64,000 bases of DNA from Stylophora pistillata. Taxonomy: Eukaryota. The notes below the pieces were generated by a model. That model had not been told where the DNA came from. It saw only the letters and a program-made list of their open reading frames with translations, and made no database searches. Position 1 is the first letter of the stretch, and every line of letters starts with the position of its first letter. Position numbers and translations under genes: made by a program. The DNA lies in NCBI RefSeq assembly GCF_002571385.2, contig NW_019217902.1:97958-161957 (forward strand), read 5' to 3'. Positions 63,896-64,000 of this stretch are shown one piece after another.

Positions 63896-64000
63896 GTGGG
63901 TCAGCTTGGTTTGTAAATTTTGAAATTATGTGCTGGTACGAATTAATTTAAGGACGTAAGTGTCGTGATCTCTCTTCTTGTGATCTCTTAACAACTGTCA

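Noticed and set aside
440-63916. Reading the ~50 + strand ORFs as separate prokaryote-style genes or an operon
   Set aside because: ORF starts (often TTG/GTG) and tails lie in intronic sequence. Homology begins and ends exactly at AG/GT sites with consistent phases, so these are exons.

Overview
Eukaryotic (animal) genomic DNA, most likely a cnidarian such as a stony coral. That assignment is inferred from the intronic repeat families and was not searched. Almost the whole window is the interior of one + strand, intron-rich gene that begins before and ends after the window. I read 60 GT-AG exons (about 27.3 kb of coding sequence, about 9,100 aa if all are joined). They encode 49 von Willebrand factor A (VWA) domains, the last incomplete, plus one follistatin/Kazal domain. 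Every domain boundary is a phase-1 intron, so each domain is a frame-neutral cassette. Only VWA2 has an intact MIDAS motif and a flanking Cys pair; the other 48 are MIDAS-degenerate. VWA25 and VWA34 each carry one in-frame stop, while the other exons are open. The 3' third shows a period-3 domain super-repeat and the middle shows a 4-domain block duplication. Eleven domains are split by extra introns at about 8 different positions. Introns contain MITEs, tRNA-derived SINEs and micro/minisatellites, and there is one 652-N assembly gap. No rRNA, genuine tRNA, CRISPR or transposase/RT ORF was seen.
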